From: a virus
Lineage: Duplodnaviria; Caudoviricetes
Strand: one strand, 5' to 3'
Virus record (IMG/VR): IMGVR_UViG_3300030376_006739
Location: 1 to 26,395 of that record
DNA length: 26,395 nucleotides
The notes under the pieces are model-generated. The model did not search any database. It was not told the origin of the DNA and saw only the letters and a list, made by a program, of their open reading frames with translations. The position numbers and the translations under genes are program-made. This document shows positions 13,958 through 23,316 of the stretch, piece by piece; the first letter of the stretch is position 1, and every line of letters starts with the position of its first letter.

Positions 13958-14445
13958 TGGTTGAGGCTAGACCACAACAATTTTTTGAAATAGTTAATCA
14001 CACTTTAGAAGAAGAAGGTGGATATGTTAATGATTCAACCGATAAAGGTGGTGAAACTAATTTTGGTATAAGTAAGCGAGCTTATCCCGATGTAGACATA
14101 TTCAATTTAAAAGAAGATGAGGCAATTGACATCTATTGGGATGATTATTGGGTTAGAGGCAAGTGTGACAAGGTCCCAAGCAAGCTTCAAGCAATATATT
14201 TCGATATGTGTGTTAATTTTGGTATAAGTGGTGCAATTAAGGTATTACAAGAAACTGCTAATGGTAAAGGTGCTGATATTGATGTTGATGGTAAAATTGG
14301 ACCAAACACAATAAAAGCAATAGAAAAATTAAGCGTTGAACGAGTTAGAGCATTTCGAGCTCTTAAGTTCGCAAAGATAGTTATAGCCAATCCAAAACAA
14401 ATGAAATTTTGGTATGGATGGTTTTGTAGAAGTTTAAAGGTATAA
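13957..14445 (+). CDS. GH108 family lysozyme/endolysin with peptidoglycan-binding domain
   Basis: EGGYVND..DKGGETNFGI, FDMCVNFG, VDGKIGPNT, FWYGWFCR. Confidence 0.93.
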   Translation: MVEARPQQFFEIVNHTLEEEGGYVNDSTDKGGETNFGISKRAYPDVDIFNLKEDEAIDIYWDDYWVRGKCDKVPSKLQAIYFDMCVNFGISGAIKVLQETANGKGADIDVDGKIGPNTIKAIEKLSVERVRAFRALKFAKIVIANPKQMKFWYGWFCRSLKV

Positions 14446-14447
14446 AA

Positions 14448-15272
14448 GTGACCTTTGAAGAATTTGTAAAAAAATATAATATTGTAGACCCATATAGCAA
14501 TATCTATCCAGATACTAAATATGATTATGTTTCTGCTTGGAAAGCTGGGGTTGCACCTAAATTAATAGATGGAAAATTAAAATGGCCATCAAAGTTTAAA
14601 CATGATGATAGCCCAGAAAGATATATTAATGGATTTGACACAAAAAATTTTAAAGAAGGGATAAAAATGTCTGAATATGATGCAGTAACACATAACTCAC
14701 CACCAACAGAGCAAGAAATTAGAAGATTAAACAGCTATGAATACGGAAGAAATCCTACGTGGGTAATGAATGAACTATTAAAAGAATTTGGTTACATTCC
14801 TGAAAATGGCCATTCACAAATAACTCAAAAAGGTTCTGAAACAGAATCAAAAATGGATTTTTTACAAAATCCTTTACTTAAGATGCTCTTAGGATTAGGG
14901 ACTGGTCCAATGGGGGTCGCAGGTTTAAATATGCTGCATAATAAAGCAAATGGCCATTCAAATATAGATACGCTTATTGAGCAAGATGAATATGGACCAA
15001 TAAAACCAAATGCTCTTATGGAAACAAGTATGGCATATCAAAATCCAAATGCCATATTAAAACATCTGCTACCATCTAAAGGTAATGACACTTTACTAGA
15101 AGATGTTATTGACATGGCTCTTAGAAACGATACAAAAGGTTTAAGTGATAGACTTCCACCTATGGAACAAACACGCGGAGAAACAGGCGGGCTTATAAAC
15201 GCATTGCTTAGAGGCATAAGAACTGGAAGTTATGAAAGAAAAAAATCTCCATTATTAGATGAATTAAAATAA
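14448..15272 (+). CDS. Hypothetical protein
   Basis: 274-aa ORF tightly packed between the lysozyme and TerL. Confidence 0.7.
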   Translation: MTFEEFVKKYNIVDPYSNIYPDTKYDYVSAWKAGVAPKLIDGKLKWPSKFKHDDSPERYINGFDTKNFKEGIKMSEYDAVTHNSPPTEQEIRRLNSYEYGRNPTWVMNELLKEFGYIPENGHSQITQKGSETESKMDFLQNPLLKMLLGLGTGPMGVAGLNMLHNKANGHSNIDTLIEQDEYGPIKPNALMETSMAYQNPNAILKHLLPSKGNDTLLEDVIDMALRNDTKGLSDRLPPMEQTRGETGGLINALLRGIRTGSYERKKSPLLDELK

Positions 15273-16841
15273 ATGGCCAATTTAAATCTTAATGGCAATG
15301 TTTCAAAGAATGAAGAAGTATTGCATACCGCATATACTGATTTAATTACATTTGGTAAACTATTTTCGCCACAAGACTTTTTAGCATCCGCTACACCTAA
15401 CTTCCACCGAAAGGTTGGAGGTTTATTAATTGATAAAGAAATACAACAATTAGCCCTAGTTTTACCTAGGGACCATGCTAAATCCACCTTAGCAGCCACC
15501 GCAGTACTACATAGATTCTTATTTGCAACAAAAGAAACACCTGAGTTTATTGCTTGGATAGGAGAGGCTCAAGACCAAGCTATTGATAACCTTAATTGGA
15601 TAATGACTCATATATATGAAAACCCTGCCATCCATTACTACTTTGGAGATTTGCAAGGTGACAAATGGACAAAGAGTGAGTTTACTCTTAGTAATGGGTG
15701 TAGAATGATTGCAAAGGGTACATCTCAAAGATTGCGTGGTAAAAAACAATTATCAACAAGATATACTGGAATGATACTTGATGACTTCGAATCAGAGCTA
15801 AATACTAAGACTCCTGAGGGAAGGCAACAAATAAAGAACTGGGTAACTGCTGCTGTTTATCCAGCTATTGATTTTGATAAAAATGGGTTTTTATGGTGTA
15901 ATGGAACAATTGTTCACTATGATTCATTCTTGAATGGGTTAGTTAGAGAACATGATAATGCAAAAAAGAGCGGAGAAGACTTTTCATGGGATGTTGTAAC
16001 ATATAAAGCTATACTAGATGATGGTACTCCACTATGGCCTTCAAGATGGCCACTTACAAAACTAGAACAAAGAAAACAATTTTATATCGATTCAGGCACC
16101 CCTGCCAAGTTTTACCAAGAGTATATGAACCAAGCTAAATCTCCTGAAGACCAGATATTTAGTGAGGAGGATATTAATGATGGGTATTATAAAGGCAATG
16201 CAAGATTTGATGACGAAAGTGATAGTTGGTATATTAAGTTGGACGATGGAACTAAAAAGTACATCAATATCTATATCGGCGTGGACCCTGCTTCGTCAAT
16301 CAATAGTTATAGCGACTTTAGCGTTATTATGGTTATCGGTGTTACTGCCGAGTTTGATTATTACGTTCTTGAGTATTGGAGAAAAAGAGTATTGCCAATG
16401 GACTGTGCAGACGAAATATTTACACTCGTTAAACGATATTCACCAGTTAGAAGAGTAAATATTGAAACAATTGCATATCAAGAAATGTTAAGAGATTATG
16501 TATATAAACGGAGTAAAAAAGAAGGTTTGTTTATTCCTGGTATTGAAAAAGGGATAAAGGGTTACGGAAACAAGAAAAAGAAAGATAGGTTATTCGAAGG
16601 ACTTCAACCTATGTTTAAACAAGGAGCTGTTCATCTTAAGAAGAATCATCATGAATTTATTGGAGAACTATTAGATTTTCCAAAAGGTTCACATGATGAC
16701 TGTATTGATGCGTTTTGGTTATCTACTCAATTTGCTCGTGGAAATCCAAAAGCAGGCACAAAACAGAAGGAGAAAAATAAAGATGGAAGCTATACTTATA
16801 AGCGCAAAATCTACGACTGGATGACAGGAAGGAGACTGTGA
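15273..16841 (+). CDS. terL: Terminase large subunit
   Basis: Walker A variant PRDHAKST, Walker B MILDDFE, motif NGT, FYQEYMN, nuclease motifs GVDPA and HDDCIDA. Confidence 0.95.
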   Translation: MANLNLNGNVSKNEEVLHTAYTDLITFGKLFSPQDFLASATPNFHRKVGGLLIDKEIQQLALVLPRDHAKSTLAATAVLHRFLFATKETPEFIAWIGEAQDQAIDNLNWIMTHIYENPAIHYYFGDLQGDKWTKSEFTLSNGCRMIAKGTSQRLRGKKQLSTRYTGMILDDFESELNTKTPEGRQQIKNWVTAAVYPAIDFDKNGFLWCNGTIVHYDSFLNGLVREHDNAKKSGEDFSWDVVTYKAILDDGTPLWPSRWPLTKLEQRKQFYIDSGTPAKFYQEYMNQAKSPEDQIFSEEDINDGYYKGNARFDDESDSWYIKLDDGTKKYINIYIGVDPASSINSYSDFSVIMVIGVTAEFDYYVLEYWRKRVLPMDCADEIFTLVKRYSPVRRVNIETIAYQEMLRDYVYKRSKKEGLFIPGIEKGIKGYGNKKKKDRLFEGLQPMFKQGAVHLKKNHHEFIGELLDFPKGSHDDCIDAFWLSTQFARGNPKAGTKQKEKNKDGSYTYKRKIYDWMTGRRL

Positions 16842-16842
16842 T

Positions 16843-16872
16843 TTGCATTTTACAATAAATTATCAGTATATT
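16843..16872 (+). promoter_or_regulatory. Sigma70-like promoter, likely leaderless portal mRNA
   Basis: TTGCAT-18 nt-TATATT; ATG begins 8 nt after the -10; no SD. Confidence 0.6.
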
Positions 16873-16879
16873 ATCGACC

Positions 16880-18907
16880 ATGATTCAAGAAGATATTAGA
16901 GTTAAAGAGATACGTGAGTTATGGGACCGATGGTCAGACGCACGTAAAGACTGGGATACACAAGCTAGAGAAGATATTGACTTCTATTTAGGTAATCATT
17001 TTACCGAAGATGAGATAAATGCTCTTGCTGAACGAAATCAATCTGCTATGCCTATTGATAGACTTTATTCTGCTATAGAGCAATTCAAAGCAATTATAAC
17101 ATCTAAGCCTCCTAAGTTTTCTGCTGTCGGAAGAGAAGATTCTGATAATAAATTAGCAAATGTATGGAAGATTATGCTTGAATATATTTGGGATATATCC
17201 GATGGTAACGAAACATTTAAGCAAGTAATCCACGACTATGCTGTTACTGGTCTTGGATATTTTTATTCATATATTGATTCTGAGGCTGATTACGGTAGAG
17301 GTGAAGTTAAGTTTACCTATGTTGACCCATTTAGAGTTGTAGTTGACCCAAATGCTAGAAATCGTTGGTTTGATGATGCCTCTGGTATTATGCTATCAAC
17401 TATATTTACAAAGCAACAATTATTAGATTTATATCCTCAATTAGGTCAAGTTAATGAAGGTGAAGAAAAAGCCATAATAGACGAACTTGATACTATTTCT
17501 CATGAAGAAGATTATCCAAGCTCTACTAATGCTCAAGTAAAACCTAGGTTTACCCCAGACATAGTTAAAGATTATGATACATTTGAAACAAGTAAATATA
17601 GATTAATTGAATCATTTTCAAAAATTAAAGTTCCATATTTTAGAATGGTGAATCTTCAGACTGGTGATGAAAAAATAGTTGATGAGCAAGCTTTGTCTAC
17701 AATTATGCAAGACCCTCAAACAAGAGTTGCTGTCGATGAAGGCATGATAGATTTTGTAGAAGTATTACAAACAAGAATTAAAATAACATGCTGTGTTGGT
17801 CAAGTAGTTTTATATGAAAGAGTATTAGATACAGATGTATACCCAATAGTCCCTGTTCCAAATATATGGACAAATACTCCATATCCAATGAGCGATATAA
17901 GAAAGAATAAAGATTTTCAAAGGTTCCTCAATAAGACGGTATCATTAATTACCTCGCATGCTCAAGCGTCTTCAGGCCTAAAGTTACTCGTACCTCAAGG
18001 AAGCGTCCAAGACATGGAAGAATTAGAACGTGATTGGGCAAATCCTAATGCCACAATAGAATATGATTCATCTTTTGGGGAACCACACTTTCCATCTCCT
18101 CAACCTTTAGCTAACTCTATAATGCAGTTACCTCAATTGGTTGAGAAGTATATTGACCTTAATATGGGTATTTTTGAAATGATGCAAGGGAATACTGAGG
18201 TTGCACCAAAAACTTCATCTGCTACAATGATGTTAGAAGACTTTGGTCAAAGACGTTCTAAATCAAAACTTCGTGATATTGAAGGTAGCTTAAAGCGACT
18301 TGGAAGAGTTGTTTATAATTTGTCTAAATCTCATTATGATTTTAAGAAAACATTTAGAATTGCACAACCAAATAATGATATTGATGAATATACGATAAAT
18401 AAAAGATTGTATGATGATAAGACTAAAGAATTAATGAATATTGAAAACGATGTATCTATTGGTCAATTTGATATAAGAGTTATAGGTAATTCTACAATGC
18501 CTTCAAATAAATGGGGCGAATGGAATATATACATGGAAGCATATCAAGCTGGACTTATTGATAGGCAAGAGGCTCTTAAAAAGACAGAGATATTTGACAA
18601 GTCAGGAGTATTGCAAAGAATGGATGTCGTGCAACAATTACAACAACAGCTTAAAGGTGCTCAAGAGCAAATTAAGAAATTGAGCGGTGATTTACAAACT
18701 AGAGATAGAGAATCTATTAATTTACGTAAACAAACTGAAGTTGAGAAATTTAAAGGAAGACTTAAGGAGCAAGAACAAAGCTCCAAGGCTGATAGCAAGA
18801 TTGCTGTCGGTAGACTTAGTAACGCTGTTAAACTTGAATCTGAGAAATTACGTTTAGCCACCGAGGCAGAGAAACGTAGTCAAACTCAAAAAAGTGACAA
18901 GAAATAG
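16880..18907 (+). CDS. Portal protein (P22-like)
   Basis: EDIDFYLGNHF, VVVDPNAR, YPIVP, C-terminal Q-rich coiled coil; size and position after TerL. Confidence 0.92.
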   Translation: MIQEDIRVKEIRELWDRWSDARKDWDTQAREDIDFYLGNHFTEDEINALAERNQSAMPIDRLYSAIEQFKAIITSKPPKFSAVGREDSDNKLANVWKIMLEYIWDISDGNETFKQVIHDYAVTGLGYFYSYIDSEADYGRGEVKFTYVDPFRVVVDPNARNRWFDDASGIMLSTIFTKQQLLDLYPQLGQVNEGEEKAIIDELDTISHEEDYPSSTNAQVKPRFTPDIVKDYDTFETSKYRLIESFSKIKVPYFRMVNLQTGDEKIVDEQALSTIMQDPQTRVAVDEGMIDFVEVLQTRIKITCCVGQVVLYERVLDTDVYPIVPVPNIWTNTPYPMSDIRKNKDFQRFLNKTVSLITSHAQASSGLKLLVPQGSVQDMEELERDWANPNATIEYDSSFGEPHFPSPQPLANSIMQLPQLVEKYIDLNMGIFEMMQGNTEVAPKTSSATMMLEDFGQRRSKSKLRDIEGSLKRLGRVVYNLSKSHYDFKKTFRIAQPNNDIDEYTINKRLYDDKTKELMNIENDVSIGQFDIRVIGNSTMPSNKWGEWNIYMEAYQAGLIDRQEALKKTEIFDKSGVLQRMDVVQQLQQQLKGAQEQIKKLSGDLQTRDRESINLRKQTEVEKFKGRLKEQEQSSKADSKIAVGRLSNAVKLESEKLRLATEAEKRSQTQKSDKK

Positions 18908-18922
18908 CAAAAGGAGATTATA

Positions 18923-19669
18923 ATGACAGATAATCAAAATCAAAACGTAGATGAATTTGGAGTTCCATTTAATGAAGATATGGGACAAACCAATGATTCT
19001 ATAGGGCAAGATGAACAGGTTAATACGCAGGAGAGTTCTACTGAGAATTGGGAACAACAAGCAAAGTACTTCCAATCTGAAAAGGATAAACTATCTGCGG
19101 AAAATCAAAAGCTAAAACAATACGAAGAAGTTGGTAGATTTTTGGAATCACGTCCTGATGTTGTGCAAGCAATTGCAAATAAGGCAGGTGGTCAACCAGA
19201 AGCTCAACCTCAAGCAGCGTTAAAGCCAGACGAGTTTGACCCATGGGAAGCCTACAATGACCCAGCATCTGCATCTTATCAATATAGGATGCAAGAAATG
19301 CAGCAAACCATTAATAGTGCTGTAAACCAAGCAACTGATGGAATACGTCAACAAACAGGTAGAAGTCAATTACAATCACAGTTAGCATCTCAAGGGATGA
19401 ATACTGATGAAATTAATTCTTTTATGAACTTTGCGGATAAACATCCTTCTGAGTATGGTTTAGAGAATGTTATTAAAATGTGGAAAGCTGTATCTCAGGC
19501 TCCAGCAGAGAGTCATGGTGATAACCCACTTGATAAAGTACGCGATGTACAACAACAGCCTCAACCTACAGGTGTTCTTCAAGGAGAACGTCCTAGAGGT
19601 CCGAAGTCTGATGAAGATTCAATGTGGGATAGCGTTGTGAAAGCTGGTAGCCGTAATAATGTTTTATAA
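18923..19669 (+). CDS. Putative capsid scaffolding protein
   Basis: Acidic, Q-rich, coiled-coil protein between portal and capsid. Confidence 0.75.
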   Translation: MTDNQNQNVDEFGVPFNEDMGQTNDSIGQDEQVNTQESSTENWEQQAKYFQSEKDKLSAENQKLKQYEEVGRFLESRPDVVQAIANKAGGQPEAQPQAALKPDEFDPWEAYNDPASASYQYRMQEMQQTINSAVNQATDGIRQQTGRSQLQSQLASQGMNTDEINSFMNFADKHPSEYGLENVIKMWKAVSQAPAESHGDNPLDKVRDVQQQPQPTGVLQGERPRGPKSDEDSMWDSVVKAGSRNNVL

Positions 19670-19688
19670 AATCAAATAGGAGATTATA

Positions 19689-21026
19689 ATGGCAAATTAT
19701 AATAGTGGACAAGTAAAATTCGCTACTCCTGGGTCACAAAGTGGTTTATCATTATCGAATGCGTCAAGAAGATTATACGATTTTAGTGATAGAATTGCTG
19801 AATTAGCCCCAGAAGAGTCGCCGTTTTTTATTTACTTGTCAAAAGTAGGTAAAGTTCCAACATCGGATTCGCAATTCCGATTTTTGGAAGATAGAACTAA
19901 AATTGCGATTACTGATAGAACGTTTACAACCTCTAGTAACCTTGGAGCAATAGCTGAAGATACTACGGATACAATGACTGTATCTTCTTCTCCATGGCTT
20001 ATTAAAGGTATGGTTGTTATGGTTTCTGCAGCTCATTCAGGAGCAGGAGCAGGAAGTAATTCTGCAACATGCGTTATTACAGCAGTTAATTCAGCTACTG
20101 AAATAGAAATAAGATGGTTAAGAGAATCTAGTGTTGCGGTAACAATTGATGGCTCTAGTACTGCTGTTAATTGTCAAGTAATTGGAACTGCATATGCAGA
20201 AGGTTCAGGAGCTCCAGATGTATGGTCACAAGAGCTTGATAATGATTATGGGTATACTCAAATCTTCAAAACAGCGTGTGAAATGACTAATACTGCTAGA
20301 GCAACTGTGTATCGAGGCTATTCTGATGAATGGGCAAGATTATGGAATCTTAAATTAAGAGAACATAAAATCGATATTGAAAGAGCAATGTTATTTGGTC
20401 AAAGAGCTTCAGTTGGTGGTGTTCAATATTCCGAAGGAGTTGTTGGTCACATTATTGCTGAAGGTGTAGCACCAGTAGCAGATACAACTCAATTATCTTA
20501 TTCGGAAGGTAAAGCTTATCATAAATCAATAGCTTCAGGCTCAATGACATATGATAACTTCCTTTCTGATTTAGAGGTTGTTTTTGACCCTGCAAGAGGT
20601 GGTTCATCATCTAAGTTAGCTTTATGTAGTCTTCCTGTAATATCTCTATTTAATAAAATAGGTGGAAGTTCTTTTGTAGATGATTCTTTTGGAGGAACTG
20701 AAGATAATCCAGGACGATATATGTTTGAGCGTTCTAATGGAACATTTGGTCATAAAATCATGAAAATAGAAACAATTCACGGTGATTTATCGCTTGTGAA
20801 AGAACCTTTATTTAGAGGTTTATCTTCTACGTTTATGGCTTTAGTTGATTTAGACCATGTGTCTTATAGACCACTCGTTGGTAATGGTGTTAATCGTGAC
20901 ACAGCAATTACAACAAATGTGCAACAAGCAGATGAGGATTTACGAAAAGATATGATTCTTACAGAAGCAGGTCTTGAAATCTCTCTTCCTGAAACACATG
21001 CGTTGTTTAACATAGAAGGAGCATAA
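19689..21026 (+). CDS. Major capsid protein (SU10-MCP/DUF5309-like)
   Basis: DFSDRIAELAPEESPF, GTAYAEGS, YTQIFK, LREHKIDIERAMLFG, KDMILTEAGLE. Confidence 0.9.
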   Translation: MANYNSGQVKFATPGSQSGLSLSNASRRLYDFSDRIAELAPEESPFFIYLSKVGKVPTSDSQFRFLEDRTKIAITDRTFTTSSNLGAIAEDTTDTMTVSSSPWLIKGMVVMVSAAHSGAGAGSNSATCVITAVNSATEIEIRWLRESSVAVTIDGSSTAVNCQVIGTAYAEGSGAPDVWSQELDNDYGYTQIFKTACEMTNTARATVYRGYSDEWARLWNLKLREHKIDIERAMLFGQRASVGGVQYSEGVVGHIIAEGVAPVADTTQLSYSEGKAYHKSIASGSMTYDNFLSDLEVVFDPARGGSSSKLALCSLPVISLFNKIGGSSFVDDSFGGTEDNPGRYMFERSNGTFGHKIMKIETIHGDLSLVKEPLFRGLSSTFMALVDLDHVSYRPLVGNGVNRDTAITTNVQQADEDLRKDMILTEAGLEISLPETHALFNIEGA

Positions 21027-21028
21027 TT

Positions 21029-21481
21029 ATGAGAAGTGATGTATTAAACTCAAGTAGTAATAGTTATGGTCAACAAGTAGACAACTGGAAGTTTTCAGCT
21101 AAAACTGCAGCCTTTGCAGCAGCTGACGGATTTTGTTATCTCGTTAGCGATTTAGATGGTTGCGCTGTTACTTTACCTGCACCAAACGTTGGAGATAGAA
21201 TTAAAATAGTTTTTGCAGCAAACACAAGTGGTAGTCATACTATTACATGTGATGCAACAACTACTTTATTTAGTGGATACGCTCTAATGCTAGATGCTGA
21301 TGGAACGGTAGCACAAACCGAAATTTTTGCTGCAGACGAAACTAATGATGATGTTTTCACATTAAATGGTGGAACAAGTGGTTTTGCTGGAACAGTTGAA
21401 CTTGTAGGTTTAAGCGATAAAATGTGGCAAATAGAAGCAGTTGTGTATTCTGAAGGAACTGTTGTCACACCATTTGCATAA
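21029..21481 (+). CDS. Putative capsid decoration/virion protein
   Basis: Beta-rich A/T/G-rich ORF directly after the capsid gene; VTLPAP. Confidence 0.55.
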   Translation: MRSDVLNSSSNSYGQQVDNWKFSAKTAAFAAADGFCYLVSDLDGCAVTLPAPNVGDRIKIVFAANTSGSHTITCDATTTLFSGYALMLDADGTVAQTEIFAADETNDDVFTLNGGTSGFAGTVELVGLSDKMWQIEAVVYSEGTVVTPFA

Positions 21482-21508
21482 TCCGAACACATAAGGGTTA
21501 ATAGTTAT

Positions 21509-21554
21509 TGGGAACTATGGAGTAAGTCGTATAAAGGGCTTACTCCGAATCCCA
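21509..21554 (+). ncRNA. Intergenic stem-loop after the capsid genes
   Basis: GGAGTAAGTC/GGCTTACTCC (G-U on the plus strand) plus outer TGGGA/TCCCA; no U-tract. Confidence 0.55.
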
Positions 21555-21590
21555 TAAAGAATTTAACAATTTTATATAGGAGTAAATAAT

Positions 21591-21743
21591 ATGCCTACCG
21601 TATTAAATAATCAAACAGGAGAAGTTGAAAAGCTTTCATATGATAAAGAAGGTATAGAAGAAGCTAAAGAAATGGAAAGGTCTGGAGAAGGACTTATAAT
21701 AAGTAATGATGCTCGTAATAGAAGCGAAACTACATATGGCTAG
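21591..21743 (+). CDS. 50-aa hypothetical protein (not in ORF track)
   Basis: MPTVLNNQTGEVEKLSYDKEGIEEAKEMERSGEGLIISNDARNRSETTYG; AGGAG RBS. Confidence 0.68.
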   Translation: MPTVLNNQTGEVEKLSYDKEGIEEAKEMERSGEGLIISNDARNRSETTYG

Positions 21744-21954
21744 AACACGAACATATTATTGTGATGGTTGCAGTAAAACTGTAGAGTTTAAAATGGATGA
21801 AAGCCATGTATGTAAATGTGGTCGTGCATTTGGTGCTAATTTTAATAATACAAAAGACCATGTAAATATGCGAACAACTTGGTCAGGTCAAACCAAGTTT
21901 GAGTTTAGCCAAACAACAATGGACCAAGATATAGCGGAAAGGAATGCTAGATAA
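21736..21954 (+). CDS. Zinc-ribbon protein
   Basis: YYCDGC...CKCG; start reassigned to MARTRT. Confidence 0.65.
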   Translation: MARTRTYYCDGCSKTVEFKMDESHVCKCGRAFGANFNNTKDHVNMRTTWSGQTKFEFSQTTMDQDIAERNAR

Positions 21955-22592
21955 TGGCTACTTTCAAGACTCAAATTGAAGATATGACAGGAAGTGTTGG
22001 AGATGATGCTGCTCTTACACAATGGTTGACGGATGGGGTAAAAGAACTTATTAATATATTTCCTAATGAATTAAAAATGGAATGTTCAACGATGACAGCA
22101 TTAACATCTTCTACACCTATGGATTTAGATGCAACGGGAAAAGTTTTTCATGTAACTCGTGAAAATGCAGATTCTGGATTTCATACTCCTTGTAGAAAAA
22201 TACCTTCAATGTATGGAGGGATGGCTAGCTCAAGCTCAGGACACATGATGTATGAAGCTAGTGCAACTGACCCTGTTTATTGGACTACAAGCGATACAGG
22301 TGGGGACCCGAAACTATTTGTTAAACCTGACCCTTCAGCAAATCAACCTGCAAGAGTGCATCATGTAGCATTTCCATCTCCAGCTCATGGGGATTCAGCA
22401 ATTGTTAATTTCCCTGATGAAGCTGAATATCTTGTTGTATTATACGCAGCAGTTAGAGCAATTGAAAGACTTATGTTGGATGAAGAAGACCAAGAAGTGT
22501 ATGCTCCACAATTGGCAACATTAAAGCAAAATTACCAACAAGGGTTGCAAATGGTAATAGGGGCAACTCAACAGCCTAAGGAGTCTAAATAA
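21954..22592 (+). CDS. Putative head-tail adaptor/tail tubular protein
   Basis: Position; NFPDEAEYLVVLYAA motif. Confidence 0.55.
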   Translation: MATFKTQIEDMTGSVGDDAALTQWLTDGVKELINIFPNELKMECSTMTALTSSTPMDLDATGKVFHVTRENADSGFHTPCRKIPSMYGGMASSSSGHMMYEASATDPVYWTTSDTGGDPKLFVKPDPSANQPARVHHVAFPSPAHGDSAIVNFPDEAEYLVVLYAAVRAIERLMLDEEDQEVYAPQLATLKQNYQQGLQMVIGATQQPKESK

Positions 22593-22897
22593 TGACAGCA
22601 AATGATATTATACAACAAATTGAAAAAATGTTTGGAAGGCAACCTGAAAAATATATGATACAATTAATTAATGATGCATTAATTGATATGTCTTCAAAAA
22701 AACAAGATTATACAGTATCTTCAACTACAGCATTAGAACAATATAAAAGATGGTATGGATTAGATGACCAAGTTATTGATATAGTAAAAGTTGAAATTAA
22801 AGATACAAATGATAGATATGTAAGAATACCTAAGCTTGCAGACCCTCACAATGTATTGCGTGATGATACTGAAGCTTCAGACGATTCTTTAACTTAG
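22592..22897 (+). CDS. Putative virion protein
   Basis: TAATG-coupled within the structural operon; LINDAL motif. Confidence 0.5.
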   Translation: MTANDIIQQIEKMFGRQPEKYMIQLINDALIDMSSKKQDYTVSSTTALEQYKRWYGLDDQVIDIVKVEIKDTNDRYVRIPKLADPHNVLRDDTEASDDSLT

Positions 22898-22904
22898 GAG
22901 AATT

Positions 22905-23306
22905 ATGGCAAATAGAACTTATCCAAATGATTATTTTGCTTGGTACAATGATGATAAAAGATTAGCGGTTGTTGAATTAGATACAACATCAACATCAGGA
23001 GAAGCTACTAAAGAGAAGTATGATTCTTTTCAATCTGAAACAGATGTAGCAAATGGTCTTAGAATTACATATCATTCAAAATATGAATCTGTAAGCACAT
23101 CTTCTTTAGGACACGAATTATCTACTACTAATGGTGTAGATACAGGATTACAAGAATGTATTCTTTGTTATTTAAAAGCAAGAATGTATGAAGATATGGG
23201 AGATTTGCAAAAAGCTCAATATTATAGAGTTATGTACGAAAAAGAATTAAAAGGTTATCCATCAAGAAAAAGTGGTGTACGGGTATTATCCGTGCCTAGA
23301 ATGTAA
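22905..23306 (+). CDS. Putative virion/adaptor protein
   Basis: AGGAG RBS; GLRITY..., ILCYLKARMYEDMGD. Confidence 0.5.
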   Translation: MANRTYPNDYFAWYNDDKRLAVVELDTTSTSGEATKEKYDSFQSETDVANGLRITYHSKYESVSTSSLGHELSTTNGVDTGLQECILCYLKARMYEDMGDLQKAQYYRVMYEKELKGYPSRKSGVRVLSVPRM

Positions 23307-23316
23307 GGAAAATTAA

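Noticed and set aside
15465-15491. Inactive terminase because Walker A reads HAKST rather than GKS/T
   Set aside because: Deviant Walker A motifs are known in terminases, and Walker B and nuclease motifs are intact
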